This document shows positions 39,000 to 54,647 of a DNA stretch of 64,000 nt, in pieces. The stretch spans positions 26,238,070 to 26,302,069 of the forward strand of contig NC_092671.1 of NCBI RefSeq assembly GCF_964355755.1, read 5' to 3'. The stretch is from Antedon mediterranea (Eukaryota > Animalia > Echinodermata). The stretch's first letter is position 1; the number at the start of each line of letters is the position of its first letter. Under the pieces are notes generated by a model. The model saw only the letters and a list, made by a program, of their open reading frames with translations, ran no database searches and was not told where the DNA came from. The translations under genes and the position numbers were made by a program.

Positions 39000-41900
39000 C
39001 GACCTACCTACCCTCCTCTAAATCACGACTATACAACAATGGTCCTAACTATTTCTTACAAATTATAACATGAACACTCGCGTCTATTTTCGAGTGATAT
39101 TTTGATTTACGATATATTATTGCCGTATTGTCTCATTGTACTTGTCACTGTACATATGTTAGTTGGTGTCACAAATGTTTGGTACTGTCTCCAATACTTA
39201 ATGGTAGTAATAGCTTCATTTGCTATTGATGTATATCTTCTCCAACACAAAATATCAGTTCAATTGTATGAAAGGGGAGATGAAACGAATATATCGAATA
39301 AGGCATAGAATGATATTATTATGTTAATGATAATGATGATTATATAAAATGTTATTACAAGTATTGCTCTCTTGCTTGTTGTAATTACTATAAATTTGCT
39401 GTGCTAAGTAATGACTTCCTACTACAAAGATAGAATCAGTCACCTCTATAAGATTAATCAGAACCTAATGAAAGACACAAGATCGATATTCTACTTTCCG
39501 TGTAATTCATTAAGGTATGATTATATTTGTAACAAAATTACAATTGCATCAATTTCATTATTTGAAAAAAGACGAAAAAAAAAATCTTGAAATTATAATG
39601 ATACGAATCCAGCTCCCTTACCTTGGGCATTAATCAATATTATACCTATACTAATGTGAAAAGTGGTTTAGTAGATTTTTTTCTAAAACTTATTAGTATT
39701 CATGAGAACCGAATAATAAAGTACTTGGTATAGTATTTTGATAATTATTGGCAGAGTTTACAGACATTGTAATACCTGGGATGTAGTAACAATAACAGTA
39801 AATTATTATTGTTGAAAAATTAATTAATTACACTATTGTGTATATAACGTATAGGTTTCATAGTTTAAGAGCTTAATACAAAATAAGAAAGCAATCTTTT
39901 GTTTCGAATATTATGGAGTTTAATGAGGTATTTGTTTAGTCATTATGCTTGGTCACTTAGCAACAAAGTTACGCGCATGCTGTAAAAATCGGTACTTTGT
40001 TGATTATTTCCACTTGTTAAACAAAATACTAATTGAACTATTTGCTGTAAAATGATTAGGCAATGGTGTGTAAATAAACTAATACATACAGTTTTGTTTA
40101 TGTTAGCACAAATGAGTGAGGTACTATATGATATATTTTTATTTAATAGCGTATAAAAAATAACTAGATTTGAACAAATGCGTAGATAGACAGTTGATGT
40201 GTGAAACAGTATGAAGTATGTTTATAGTTCTGAATTATTTGTTTATCACAATAGGATATACAGTACAGCATAAAGGACGAGACCCACCTAAATTGACATT
40301 TTAAAGACAAATTATATTTTATAAAAGTGCGGGGAATTCCTTGGCATCAATGGCTGTGACATTCAATGAAGATGAATGTATAGCCTATCATATCCATTGC
40401 CTCTTACAGCATCAATTGGTGTTACCATGCTGATTGTATTTGTATTAACACTATAATCAACTTTCACTAGGTATTATTCAACGACGTAGATAGCAATTAA
40501 TGCCTGATCAAATATTTTACGACGTTCATGTGGTAGGCCTATTCGTGAGATATTGCAATATTATACATTGCCAGAAGCGACTTCCTGAATCTTACAAATT
40601 ACTTCTTACTTTATTATCCATATTAAAACCGTCTTTTTCTCTGAAGAGAATTTAAAGAGAGTGCGAAAGTAAATCAGTTCGTATTTTAATAATAAATAAT
40701 GCGCACTATCTCTACTTACTGTTTTGATCTTTTAAAAATATATACACTTGTATTTTTTGCTTTGGTGTTCTTCATGATAAGTATCGCTAACATTAATACA
40801 TCCATTCATTATAATTGCCACCTGCTTTTATTCTACATGTTGATAGATTGCAACTGTTACACAGTTCATTGTGATATTGTGATGTGCAAAGTGCCACAAG
40901 CAACGCCCCGACGCAAACTAAGTTTTACTCTATGTTTACAGTTAACTGTGTGTGTGTCAAAATACAAACACTCTTTTTATAAATTTCAATATAATTACTT
41001 TAGACCCACTTTAATGTTAGGGATTTTTTTATTCAGTATCTAGGTAAATGGTTTGATACATGTGAATTAGGTTAGGGTTTCATAGTGTCGCATATTAAAA
41101 GTTGTATGATATTTTCTTAGATACAGCACATAATTTAAATCTTAGTCGCCAATAGACAAATACCACTGAATGCAACAATTAATTTAAAAATTCACTTATG
41201 CATCTTTCATTCTAAAATCAATTTTGGAGAACTATCGCTATGGCATCGGTGGCCTCTCTGAGTATGCGTGTGCGTACAGTGTGTATGGGCCATGGATTCT
41301 GTAGCTGTCACTAGATAGAGTCTAACTGACTATCACAAGTCATCTAGATACATATCTGGCTGTATTAAATACTTTTAATACACGATATTTCTGTCACTAG
41401 GTTCATATTTACAAGGTATAACGTGATCCTATTCATGATACCCAATTATACTCTATCTAGTTACAGCTGCAGAATCGAGTGGTAGACTCCAAATTTGCTA
41501 AATACCAAGGAGGACCTTCTGTAGACATTGCAGCTAGAAGAATATCCACTACTCTCTTATTGGACTTGGTCTGAGTATACCTCAGACCCTTAAACACTAT
41601 ACTCATAGATATCATAGTGTTAACACAGATGATATAACTTTCTTGCTACATGAAATTAAGGCTGAAATCTACCTGACATGGTTAAACCTACCAGGAAGAT
41701 GTGTTCAATCTACTAGCACTCGGACTTGATAGCATGCACTTAAATATTCATCTGTGTTTCAGTTCCACTAGAACTTGAATCCTTTTTTAGTTTCCTTAGA
41801 TTCTCGGACATTAAACAGTAGACGTTTCTAATGGGTTGTTTTTTGCAAGTAGGTCACTATGATATTTCTACCGGATTTCATTTGGGAATATAATATAGAT

Positions 41901-43811
41901 TAGATAGAAACTGAATTGATATGCTTTCAAAGGAAAGGAGTGGAATCCCACCTTCTAGTTGATTAAATATAGGTACCCTAGTTTATGAAACGCTATCACT
42001 GCCAATAATAAAAATAACTTTATTTTGTTTTATTATATAAAAACGAAAGCTATGCCGATAACTAAAAGGTTAGGAAATGTTTTATAACGAAAGGATTTTG
42101 AAATAATCACCGCCAAAATCAATCTTTGTCATCAAGAAACACATCCCAGACCCGCTCCATAATGTCCCAAACTCACATTCGTGACCATTACATTGCTTTT
42201 CGAACCGGGCCCCTGTTAAGACCCTGGTACTTTCTAAACCTCATATCAGGAACCATGACATACTGCTCGAACCATTCAACACACTCTGGACCCAAATCAC
42301 AGTTACCATTCAGATCTCGTGCCATTGTCCGGACCCCACATTAAACTGACGTAACCTCACAACAATGTCCGGACACCTCAATTTGCTCACTATAAAGAAA
42401 TACATAATGTTATATAGAGGTTACCAAACAGGTCTACATTTGAAAAAAAAAAGCAATACATGGACATATAGACAAATGTGAAACCCTAATGGCATTTAAA
42501 TCCACAAGCAGGCATATGTATATAGTTGCGACTACGTCCTTGTAATTTGAACTAATTGTAACCCATGCTTAAAATGTCCGAACCGTCGCTTGTCATTGGT
42601 CGAATTATTTGCGTTTTGTGTCTACGTTTTTGCGTTACGTTCTAGTGAAGTTAGTGCAATTTAAGCGTAAAGAAATTCAGTGAAAATTCTTATTTTTACA
42701 ATAAGCACATTAGTGTCAACCTAGAAAAAACGTTTCAATGCCACAGGGAAAATTGAGATAAAATACTATTATGTTCATCATTATTCTTTTATACGCTCGT
42801 ATATAACTCTGTGGATCATTCTTTATTTTGTTATACATCACTTTTAAGCAGCTTATACTGTATTTTACCCATCGGCTTGATGGAACATTCCTTTCTATAT
42901 ACTCTAAGAAGTATAGTACTCTAAGCATAGTATCTCATTTCATTTCTTAAGCACTTCAAATTAATAGATTTATTCTAAATATCATTATTATTGATTGGAA
43001 AAAAAACCATAACTTAATCTATAATTATGAATATTACGGATATATTATCACACAGAAAATGATTATAAACAAGTTATATTGCAGTGTTTAGCTTGGTTGG
43101 ACGCAACGCAAAGGCATATGCGTGACAGTTCCCATCACATTACTTGCGGCGCACTTACGTCATTGCGTTGTGTCCAAAAATGGGAACCAAGATTTGTTTG
43201 AAGTTTTACATTTTATAGTAACAGTATTCTGACACAAACATGTAATTACATCTATAGATTGGTAAAAAATGTTTTTATTTAGTCACAGGCCTACATAAAA
43301 GGTTTCATTAACGAAGCATAAACATCGTTGCAGTTAAGTTGTATTTATTTTCAAGAATTAAAAAGATAAAAATTGTTAAAAAGAGAAAAAAGGTTTGTTA
43401 ATTGATAATGTATGTACCAAGAATATAAGTATAATTAGATTTTAAAAGAAATGAAATGCATTGATGATGACATGTATAAAAATAGAAACAAATACAAAAA
43501 TCATTAGTAATCAAACAGATAACAAAATTGCAATTGCATAAATATATATTACTGTTTTTATATGATGTTTGTTTGAAATAAAAGTGGGATGATCCCACAA
43601 AAAGAAAAAAAAAAAAACATTGTTGGGAGTATAAACTATAGTGTAGGGCTTATAATAAGCTGAAATAATCATACTATTAACGAGATGATATAAATAAATA
43701 TGCCGGTGTAAAATGTTGAATAAAAAAATATATAAAATAAAAAATTCTATGAAATTGGTACCTCTATATTATCATATACTAATATACCTGCTGTCGAGTT
43801 CTATTATTCTA

Positions 43812-43956
43812 GATAGGCCTATATTTTGATTATCCTTATTTAATAGCCCTAACAGTATTGTATTGTGCCGGTAGCCATTGCTTGATAGGCCTATATTTTG
43901 ATTATCCTTATTTAATAGCCCTAACAGTATTGTATTGTGCCGGTAGCCATTGGTTG
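43812..43956. repeat. 72-bp tandem duplication
   Basis: gataggcctatattttgattatcc...cggtagccattg at 43812 and 43884. Confidence 0.95.
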
Positions 43957-45217
43957 ATTTTTAATAATTACACAATTGTTTGTCATGATAGACTTACCTG
44001 ATTAATTATTATTCTTTTTTATATTCAAATAATTATAATAGCCACTTGAGCCAGAAAAAATAGAATATAGATATTAAAGACAGAACATGTATTGTTATTC
44101 CATCGGTTTGGCTGCTGCCATAGCAATTAATTTTAAATTGCGTAGTCCTGAACTAGTAATTTACACCACCCCTCCCCCATTCACCCCACTTCAAACCCCA
44201 AACACACAAACATTAAATAGCCCGGAGTCTACCTAAGATTAGGTTTTATTAAGTAAAGATCGAATCGATATATCGAATGCAAGTAGAAGTTCGAAATTAA
44301 AAGCATTACAATAGGTTTGTATCGCAGATTATATTTCATTCCTTAGTAATAAAAAAGTTAAACAATAATGACGTAGTAGAATGAAATTTCCTACTAAAAA
44401 AATAAGAAAAGTAATTTTACTTTAAGACTGATGAACAATAATGATGTTGACTTTGTTTGCCATCAACTAATTTAAGTGTGCAACTTCGGACTTATCGAAT
44501 AAAATATGATTAATAAATAGATTGAAAAGCATTATGGTGAATATATTTTGTTTGGCTTAGTATAATTAACAAGCATAATCAGTGGATACATGTTAGTATA
44601 GTTTTACATTTTTCTAAAGATCCAAACCCTTTAACGGAGTATGAGTTTATCAATCTATATCAAAGCCCACATATATTGACTGGTGGTGAAGGTTTGATGA
44701 ATTGTAGAAGCAAAAATTGATTAATGAAGAACCGAGTTTAAGAAATTCAAATATGACATCTAGGCTACAAATGATGAATTAACGTTTATACTTATCTTTA
44801 TATCATATTTCTGATGGGAAATGAATAAACTATGATCGTACCTGTACATCATAATTCTTATAGTGTGATAATTATAATAGTTGATTAAATTATCGTTTAT
44901 AACAACTTAACATGCTATTCCCAAAGGATTCGCGCTTATTATAACTTAATAATTTAAAACTGTTAGGAAATTACATAGTTATATTATTACATACATGATT
45001 TTTTTTTTGTTGAAATATTTGCTCATTATCGGAAATGATTTTAATAAAGTAAGTTTCGAGGTGGAATCACATAGGAATTTAGCAAAAGATTTTATTTATT
45101 GAAGCATTTCTGTCTTAGCGATATTCTAAATGTAATGTTAATAGCCTACCTGTACATTTTATATTTTTAATGTTTAGATTTGTACATATTGTATATTTGA
45201 ATCCACTTTTAAATGGC

Positions 45218-45693
45218 TTTTTAGTCGCGTGCAAAGCGACTCTACAGCTCACTATGTCGGTCGGTTGATCGGTCGTTTGGTCGGTCGGTCGGTTGATCGG
45301 TATTTTAGGGCATAAATTATCATATGGCAATACAATTACGTGCGTAGCACATGTAGCGCATGCGTACGCGCATCTAAAATTTTCAAAATTATCAAAATTT
45401 ATTTTCGATGAAATAAGAGTACCTTTCAGGCAAATTTAAGCATATAAAAAGTTGCCATAAGTGCGCAGATCTATCGCACGCGCACTGCGCGTTAAATATT
45501 AATATGGACTCTTTTTGCCAGATTTCTGTTTTACAACCTTTCTTTAATAATATCATCATATTTAATTCACTTTTCAACTCGAAATTACGTTATACGAGCA
45601 CGTAAAATATGACTACGCACGTGTACATTTTCAACATTTTAAACATGTTTAGCAAATTCGGTCGGTTGGTCGGTCAGTCGGTATGGCCTTGTT
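45218..45693 (+). mobile_element. Helentron-associated (HINE/DINE-1-like) element, long variant
   Basis: ttttagtcgcgtgcaaagcgact hairpin, (GGTC)n microsatellite, end tatggccttgtt. Confidence 0.7.
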
Positions 45694-48600
45694 ATATTTG
45701 AATATACATTTCAGATATCTGCAATGCCACTAATTCTTTTTAATAAACCATAATTGAATGGCTAGTACCAGCCAATTTGACTTATAACTATGAACATTTC
45801 GAAATTTCGCATCGTTTTTAAATATAACCTTAAATAATTTCTATAATACAGTTGTAAATGTGAAGAACATATTGCAGTGTATCATTGAGTTTTCCTAATA
45901 TAAGTCTACTGAAAACATTAAGAATAATATGAGAATGATTACGCTTGTAAATGTTATGTTTATTGATTATGGAGATGTATTTTATCCCCTAGGACGAAAT
46001 GTTTATTGATTCTTATCTGTCACTGCAACAAAAGCCAGTAGAATATTCATATTATGGTCATTTTCTGTATTACTTAATGAATATTGAGTTTCATAACGTT
46101 TATTAACCTTTGTGTATAATGATTCAATATATCAAATCGTGTTAATTGATTGTTTTATTTCATACATCAGTTAACAATTGGTTTGACGTAACCGACATAG
46201 AACGTACCAGTATAGGCAATTACCGCCAACGTGAGGAGTTCTAAATAGATTCACAAAAAAATATTATAAAAAAAAATATTAACTGTTGTTTTATCAAACT
46301 TATTTTACCGTACTGATTTGTTGAAACTAATATTTCACTTTCACCAAACTAATACTGACTAATCCTATCCTTGATACAATCTCGAGATGACATTCAAATG
46401 TGTTACCAATTAAAACGTGAACAATTTAACTATATCTTTTATTATACATTTTTTTGGTGCATTCACATTAGCCACTTCTAACTGGTGCTAACTGGAGCCT
46501 AGTGTTAAAAGATCGTGTTGACACTAATCGGGTAACAAACTAAAATCAATTTTAAATTTGATTGTTATTTCGATTTACATTACGTATATTATGTATGCAA
46601 AATGTATCATGCATTTGGAAGCGTCAATTTTAGGGTCCGTTCAGACTACTTATTATTTGCATGTGTAAGTTGGTGGCCAGTTATCGCTAACTTTGGTTGG
46701 AAACCACTTTACACGGGTAAATAACAATTAAGTCTGAATTTCGAATATTCACATATTGTTCAACGACTTTCTTTAGGAGTTTACTTCACGTCACATGATT
46801 GCTTCAATGTCCAGGTGGTCGAAATGCTTATGTTTTACTTTATATTATACAATAGATATCTTCAACTAAAATCAAAATTCGGTGATGGTCCTATATCAAT
46901 CGGGATACATAGTACGAACTGCATTACGGACTGTTAAAATGCTACATCATGGAAAGAAAGTCTACCCTGACTCTGGGGAAATGAACAAATAATGTCAATG
47001 CTATTATGTGTCATAAATATACTTTTAGGATTGCCTCTTGTCTTGTTGACCTCTTGACCTGCAGTAGTTACAGTTATTCGTTTGACAGCCCACTGGGACA
47101 ATATGCATTTATTTAGAAAAGTATACCGTGTATGATACTTTAAATTGCTTTTATGAACAATAATAGGTTATAATATGAATAGGAAATAGGTGTTATAGGT
47201 TTGAACTGTACATACAAACAACATCATACGAATGTATGCAATATAATAACAACGAATCAAACCGATACGTTATACCCTCTTACCGTTTAATGGAAACTGA
47301 ACTCATCGTCAACAATCAATGAAAGGTCCCTGAATTGAGTCAATTGGGCAAAGAAAGCAACACGAACGTCGTGGGGGTTATATTCGGCATGTCGGCATTA
47401 TGCTTCGGGGTATTTTCCTTGTGATTTTGATTAATTTGATAAATTTTATTATTTATTACAATCCGACTCTTTTAAAATATCAATCGAAACACAAAATCAA
47501 AGTTAAATCATTATCAATCGATTGGTTAGAAATGATTGTCACGTGTAACTAAGTTGATTAACGCAAAGATTTTATCAAATCACTAGTTACCTTGTAAAAA
47601 TTATATATTTTTATTGACGAGGACATATGATTAACGATATTGTTAAACAAAACACTAATTTAAACGGTCATGGTAGCTCAGTCTAGTTGGATAAATCCTT
47701 CCTAACGTACGCCATGTCTTATGAAAAAAAAGTGATTGCTTTGCTGTCCCTGAGGTATGATTAAAAATGAAATTGCAACATAACCGAATGACCTGTGGAC
47801 TTCCACTTTAAAATCGTCCTCTATGTATAAGTAGTGAGATCTCATCATACGTGTCCTTTAAAGAAAGAAAAAAAGTAAAACACGAAAAAGTGTATGTGTA
47901 TGAAATATAAATTACTAAATTAGGCCTAAGTGTGATATTATGTACTTTGACATTGGAAAAATCCAGTTTTTTACGAGTGATAAAAGGGTAATAGCGACCA
48001 TATGAGTCACAGAAGAACCGTGCAAAGATTCTGAAAAATATGAGCAGTCTGATATAGGCCTATGTAGCAAAGCGATACCATCATGCTTTTTTTACAGAAA
48101 ACATAAAGATACTATAACTACTTTTAGAGAGTGAACTAGGAGACAGCTAATACTAACAATACATTCTAGACATACTAAAAATGGTCACAGTTATTATATA
48201 TTATATAACAGGACTATTATTTTGTTTTAAAAAATAAAGTACAGTTTTTATCAAAATAATGGGAATACGATAAACATGCCTAATTTCTTGGTAAATGTTG
48301 AGGATCGTATGCAAATACTGTAGTTACATTCTTTAGGATTCGATGCGTGACTGAATAAGGGTGAATTATACGATTCTATGCAGCAACCACATCGTGTGAC
48401 TGGTTCATTCTAGTAGTGAATCTAGAATTAGTTAATAATCTGTTTCAGCAAAAAACAGAAAAAAAAACGAAAAAAAAAACGTAGATAAATAAACTAATTA
48501 TGAAAAATAGTATACAATGTATTGATGATATTTACATTGTTTTGGATTTAGCAGCTACTTTTGGCGGAGTTTTTCATTGTATTGGTTAAGAACTGACACA

Positions 48601-49380
48601 CGTTAAAAGTAAGAATACAGTAGATTGAAACGTGCTTTTGATAACGTTTATGTATATTTTATTTCTAATTGATTTTTAAAAATGCATTCTGTATTAACAT
48701 CGATTATTGTAATGTGGACGATTAATGATGATACAACAGCAATATGCAAGTCGATATCCTGCTTTCTTCGAATGCCTATGGTTTATTGCTAGATTAAATA
48801 TCACAATTTCACCTGTTATTTAAACAAGGCTCAATCTTTCCTGCTTTTAAGACCCAGTTTACTGGAATTTCTGTTATTGTAGGCCTATATACATATACAT
48901 TTTGTTCGATGGACAAGTCATAAATGTTATCAACAGCATCTGACTCGAAGAATTCTCATGTCGATATTTTGTTGGGTGTAGTGCATTTTCCGATTTTCAA
49001 TCGCTTCGCAACTGTAGTAGTCTCATGAAAACAAGATGAACTTCGGATTTTCATATTTCAGTACAATGTCTAAGGTCTTTTAATCTTTGACGTCTAACCA
49101 AAGCAAGCGGCTTAGCGCAAATCCAAAATATTATGATTGAAAATATTATGACAGAAAATCGGCCATGTCCCAGATTTATTATAACCGCTTATTGTTATGA
49201 ACTTGACAATGAATTTTGTAAACAAAGTTGAATCAGAAATATATTGAACATCATCAGTGTCTGAAGACAGTCAAACAAGAGAGGATTGCACTTCTGGCAA
49301 TTAGTACCCAAAACAATTGCAGGGTCAGTCCGATTAATGAAACATTCAACAACAAATGAGGTCGTACGATTTTGTTTTTC

Positions 49381-49661
49381 TCGTCGGTATAGTGATGCAG
49401 ACATTTGCATCCGTTGACCATGCACATCGTCGGTATAGTGATGCAGACATTTGCATCCGTTGACCATGCACATCGTCGGTATAGTGATGCAGACATTTGC
49501 ATCCGTTGACCATGCACATCGTCGGTATAGTGATGCAGACATTTGCATCCGTTGACAATGCACATCGTCGGTATAGTGATGCAGACATTTGCATCCGTTG
49601 ACCATGCACATCGTCGGTATAGTGATGCAGACATTTGCATCCGTTGACCATGCACATCGTC
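49381..49661. repeat. Minisatellite, 46-bp unit x6, almost invariant
   Basis: tcgtcggtatagtgatgcagacatttgcatccgttgaccatgcaca; one substitution seen (copy 4). Confidence 0.98.
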
Positions 49662-50437
49662 GTTGTCTAAGTTCGATATGGAGAGAAAAATACATTCGTG
49701 CAGGGAGTCGGTTCGAAGCAATACAGTAAAGTCATCGGTTACACATACAGTACACTTGATGGAAAGCAACAATGCATAATTCAGTTTAGTTCAATTTAGA
49801 TAGAGGAATATAAAATAAATCATTCTTATTTTCTGCATAATGTGATTTACTTTTACTGGATTTATTTTTATTTTATAGGCCCATTTTTATGATGTTTCAT
49901 AGTCGTATTTTCACACACCCCCTTAATCAATCGTTCAAAGCACTATTATAGTTAAAACGATTATGTAAATTATGTTTAGACTTTTGTGTATATAAATACA
50001 TATTACTTCACACAAAATTGTTCCTTAATTTCAATTTACAATATGATAGTTTGTGTGTGTGAAATTAAATGTGCCAGATCAGTCGTCTTTTGTATGTTAT
50101 ATGCATGATTAATTTTAACTTGTATATTGTTAATGCCTTTCTGAACAAAATGAAATAAATTGTCAATCAGACAATAGGATGGTAGCCAACTGTGCAACTG
50201 TATAATAAACGACAGCCTACCTACCTTTTATGGGCGGTTTTCTGTCTACAAAGAGTAAACAATTTTTAACCTTGACTACAAAATTCCCAATCACCCTTAC
50301 AATGTACGATAATTATATAAATAGTCAAGATATTATCTTTTTAGCGAGCCAAGAATGTTATAAAGTTATAGGCAACGAGAAACGCTAAACCGATTAAGAG
50401 AATCTGTGAGAATGATAATAATGATAAAAAAGCAAGC

Positions 50438-50500
50438 TCAGCTGAGATTCGAACGCAGAATCTTCTGTTTAAGCAGACATCCTGCCATTAGACCACTAGT
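50438..50500 (-). mobile_element. tRNA-derived SINE head
   Basis: Minus strand agtggtctaatggcagg...gcgttcgaatctcagc (A and B boxes). Confidence 0.55.
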
Positions 50501-50739
50501 ATGGTTCAAATTTGATTTATTGTAACAAACAAATAATGTAGTCCAACGTCTAAGATTGTAAATTGAAGATTTTCTGCATTGTGGGGGGTTAAGATATTTT
50601 TGTTTGTGAATGGGCTTAATGAATTTTCATCAATACATTTTTGACAATGAACAGGTTAGCCATGATACTGTAGTGTGAATCATACTTTAATAAGTTTCTA
50701 TGTGTGGAAAGTTTATATTCTGCTTGGTGCTCAGCTGAA

Positions 50740-50965
50740 CAGAGAGAGTGTGGGGCAGAAGTTCTATATTCTCGGATAAGGACTATAAACCATGGGTCAA
50801 GTGTACACATCTAGCTCGTGTGCACTTTAAAGAACCTAGTACATCTTTCGAGACGAGTAGGGGGTTACCCCGGTGTATTAGTACATCACAACCACTGATC
50901 ATATTAACTAGGCCCTCTGGGAGACCAGTCTTTGACTGAAGAGGTTACCCAGTATAAATAAATAT
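50740..50965 (+). mobile_element. SINE with Deu/Nin-like domain
   Basis: cggataaggactataaacc...gtgcactttaaagaacc...ttcgagacgagtagggggttaccccggtgt, then A-rich tail; second copy at 18050-18240. Confidence 0.75.
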
Positions 50966-51225
50966 ATATTTCAATAAATGTTTAATCAATTATTAATAGT
51001 AGCGCACTGATGGAATATATGATTCCTCATTCATAAATCATAATCCTATGTACACAGTGTATGAACTTTAAACACAATTTATCGTATATCAACGTTTGAT
51101 AATCAATAAAATGTTATATAAATCTGTAAGCTTATTGTAAGTTAAGAACGAAATCTCTTACCACCTTTGCATTCTTCGCCAACCAGCGTCTTCTGATGGT
51201 CGATCTCATTCTTTCCTATCCTGTT

Positions 51226-51342
51226 TTTTAGTCGCATGCAACGCGACTCTACAGCTCACTATGTCGGTCGGTTGGTCGGTCGGTCGCTTGGTCGGTCGGT
51301 TGGTCGGTAAACACTAACTTGAGCACGCGACTGCAGCCATGT
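51226..51342 (+). mobile_element. HINE-like short element
   Basis: agtcgcatgcaacgcgact, (GGTC)n, gcacgcgact subTIR. Confidence 0.75.
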
Positions 51343-54300
51343 TCATTATATGTTATTTTCTATATCATGTTGTTTTGTTTTTTTTGTACATTTCTTTTGG
51401 ATGCACCTTCCATTTGGTCGAGTGCCACTGTTGTAGAAGTGTAATCTCCAAATAAATTATTACGATAAAAGGAGTGAAAAATCAAATGGATAATACAAAT
51501 GTAATTGACCTAAGCATGGATGGTTACTTACAGTGGCAATAGTTTAACATGACCTAGATATATACATAAACTTCATTAGGATCAGAGAGTGTGGTTAAAA
51601 AGAATATATCTTTGTTGGATAAAAATGGATTACGGTACTAAAACCACAATCATAAACAAATATGGAATTCAAAAATTGTTCATTGTTTACTTCCGCTTTC
51701 TTCTAATCTTTGAGAGTATCATAAAAAGCATTGTACTAATTATAGATTCTACTGTGGCTATTTTAATTATGTAAAGGAAATGGCCTATTCTAAACTTAAA
51801 CTACCAGTTTCCAATTTATCATGAACAGAAAATGTATAATGTTTAAGCATACAGTACCTGAATATAAGTAAAATATAACAAATTAATGCACATAATGGGT
51901 ACTTATATAACCCACCCACAGTTATTTCGTTCTTTCTATACTTCTCTATTTTTAAAGTTAGTTTTAAATAAAAATTATTAACCATATCGATAGTTAGGAA
52001 TGTAACAATAATAGTTCAGCTATCCAAAGACTGCGTGCGTCATTCAATTACGTTTAGGGAAAGGAAGAAAGGAAAAAATAATGAGTTTGAACTCTTTTGT
52101 TGTATATTTTATAGTTCAAATGATGATACACCCATCGTGTCCATTTTATCAATAATTGCGCAATAATTATTTTTAGAAAATAGATGGGTTTAAAAGTCTT
52201 CCCCAGTGTAAAGTGTTTTAGGAAATGGTTAAAAGAGAGTTTTATCAAAAAAGCAAGGGCGCTTTTTGACAGTTGCTACCCGGTGCCAATTCAGTTAAAT
52301 AGTATCTAGTTACATCTCTATAATCGGATTCTTGAATTGTTTATATTTTTTAATGTTTTAAAATTAACTTATTTTCAACAAACTCCGTCAGGGAGACCTA
52401 CTAGATAGTGTTTAAGTTCGCTTTTTAGGAATCCTGTCTCTGCCTGGTTTTGTGTGATGTTTTCTCATTCTTTGTCCACGTTTTTTTATATTGTATTTTT
52501 ATGGAGACAAAATGAATGAAATAAAATGAAAGTAAATGAAGGTCTTTTTGTCTATACTATCAAACTATAGTTCGAAAAAAAAGTGTGATGTATCCAAATA
52601 TGGTAGTGACATAAAATCATAGGCACAACGCATTAAGTTTAATAGTGTAGACAGAGCTTTATACAAAGTACAAGAATAATTGTAATAAAACTTTGTCCAG
52701 AACTTCCGGAATTGCGTTTGCTCTTGGCCAATACCCCGATATATCCCGATAAACCAATCAACCAATCAATGCTTACTAGTTAACTTTCCAAAGGCACTAT
52801 CATGTGTTATTTCTTAGCGTCATGTTGGTGTATATCAATTGATTATTTTTGTGTTATTTCTGTTTAACAATTGTTGCGATAGATAGTTTGTTTAAAAGTT
52901 GTACGGTACTTTTAAAAGAATAAAACACAATACACTAATAACCGCATATTTATTTGCCGGTACTATAAAAAGAAGTCAATTATCTTTATTAACTTGACTG
53001 ATGAATTGTCTTAGTATAGTCATAGCTAATGCTTTTATTATTTTTAAGTGGTACGCATTCAACACATAACATATATTTTCAAAGTATACGACATTTAAAC
53101 AAATGTAAATTGAATACAGTAGGCGCCTGAAAATTTACTTAACCCATGTATTAGCATACCACAGTCAGATATATAAATGATGATGCTATAAATAATCATC
53201 ATCAATCTGTTCGATATTTTTTGCATAATGTACGTGAAAAAAATCATTATAACATGTGTGGGTATTTTAAAGTAGAAACAAATTAACAGTAGAAGTTTAT
53301 ATGGCAACAAGTTAATTGTAACCCTGTGCAGGTTTCTGGAATGAAATAAAAAATTTAAAAGATTAAAACTGCCGTCGATACTATTCTGACTAAGATATAT
53401 CGTTCTCGGAAACTATATAATTATTAGTTATCGATTAACCGCAGAGAAACTGTTTACCAGAGCCATGCTGTGAGCGTACTTCGAGAAAACAAACGTCAAC
53501 ATTACGCGTTATATTCATGGAAATGCATTACAAACCAGAAATAAGTTATGGACTTCAGACTCTGTTATTGGTCATTGTGTTAATTTGTATTAATGTCATT
53601 CATCAAAGTTGCTTTCATTACGTAAGTAAAATGCTAATTTTTGCACAAAAACCACATAAACACCACTGAATATTTACATACTTGAAAAGTCCTTTGGAAT
53701 CCGCGTTGATAAGTTAAATCACTCCGGTAACAACAGATATTCATGGCCAACAAATCTTCTTCATGACGCACTTAATCGTATTTAGCCGACAATTCGATTG
53801 GATTATTCATTTAATCAAAACTTATCTTTTAGCTGTTTATCTTATGAAAAAAGATTAAAGAGGATTTAGAAAGGTTGTTTTTAGTATCAAGCTTTTCCAT
53901 GCGGTTTCCACTAATTATTATAAAATACATAACATAATAATGAATTATTCATAACAAATAATATAGAAGGCCATTGGCGTCTTCTTGATCTTGAATATTT
54001 TATTTCATACATATTTATTGTCCATTGAAAGTCAGTCTGAATTAGTTTTCATAACGTAATCAAACGTAACGTGAACAAAAAATGCTTATGCATGGAGTGG
54101 AATTTATTATCGTCAACTGTATGTTAAATAAAATACGAACATTAAATAATGTTGAATAGTTAATAGATGCAAATTACAGGCGGTCTTGTTTAAATTACAT
54201 ATTTAAAAAGTGCACATAGGGCTATTGTTCTTTTTTTAACAAAGTACATTAAAGTGTTAAAAACACTGTACTGTATTTTTCAGTATCATATCAGCGTTGA

Positions 54301-54647
54301 TGATATAGTCATTTGATGTTTCCTCTTTGTTTTAATTAAGATTTATCGCTGATAGGCTTAGGCAGCGAATTCTCTTATTATCTGTTTAATGACACATTAT
54401 TGAGCACACATTATTTACAGTGGCGTCATAAATACTGATGAAGCAGGGAGGTGTAATGTAACGTATCGTACAAGAAACCCAATCTTAAATTAAAAATTGC
54501 GCAAAAGTTCGTCGACCATACCAACAAGAAAATATCACGGGTGTATACGATTGTATGGATTGTGTGGAATCTTAATAAACGTTGAGGCGCTAATTTTCAA
54601 ATATTAACGTCATTGTGGTTCACCATTTCCCCTACATATGCCCGCTA

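Noticed and set aside
49195-49772. Three long overlapping Cys/His-rich minus-strand ORFs
   Set aside because: Produced by the stop-free 46-bp minisatellite; no splice or start context.
50930-50960. CTGAAGA as a hammerhead core in the SINE tail
   Set aside because: No properly placed stem II, GAAA or UH cleavage site.
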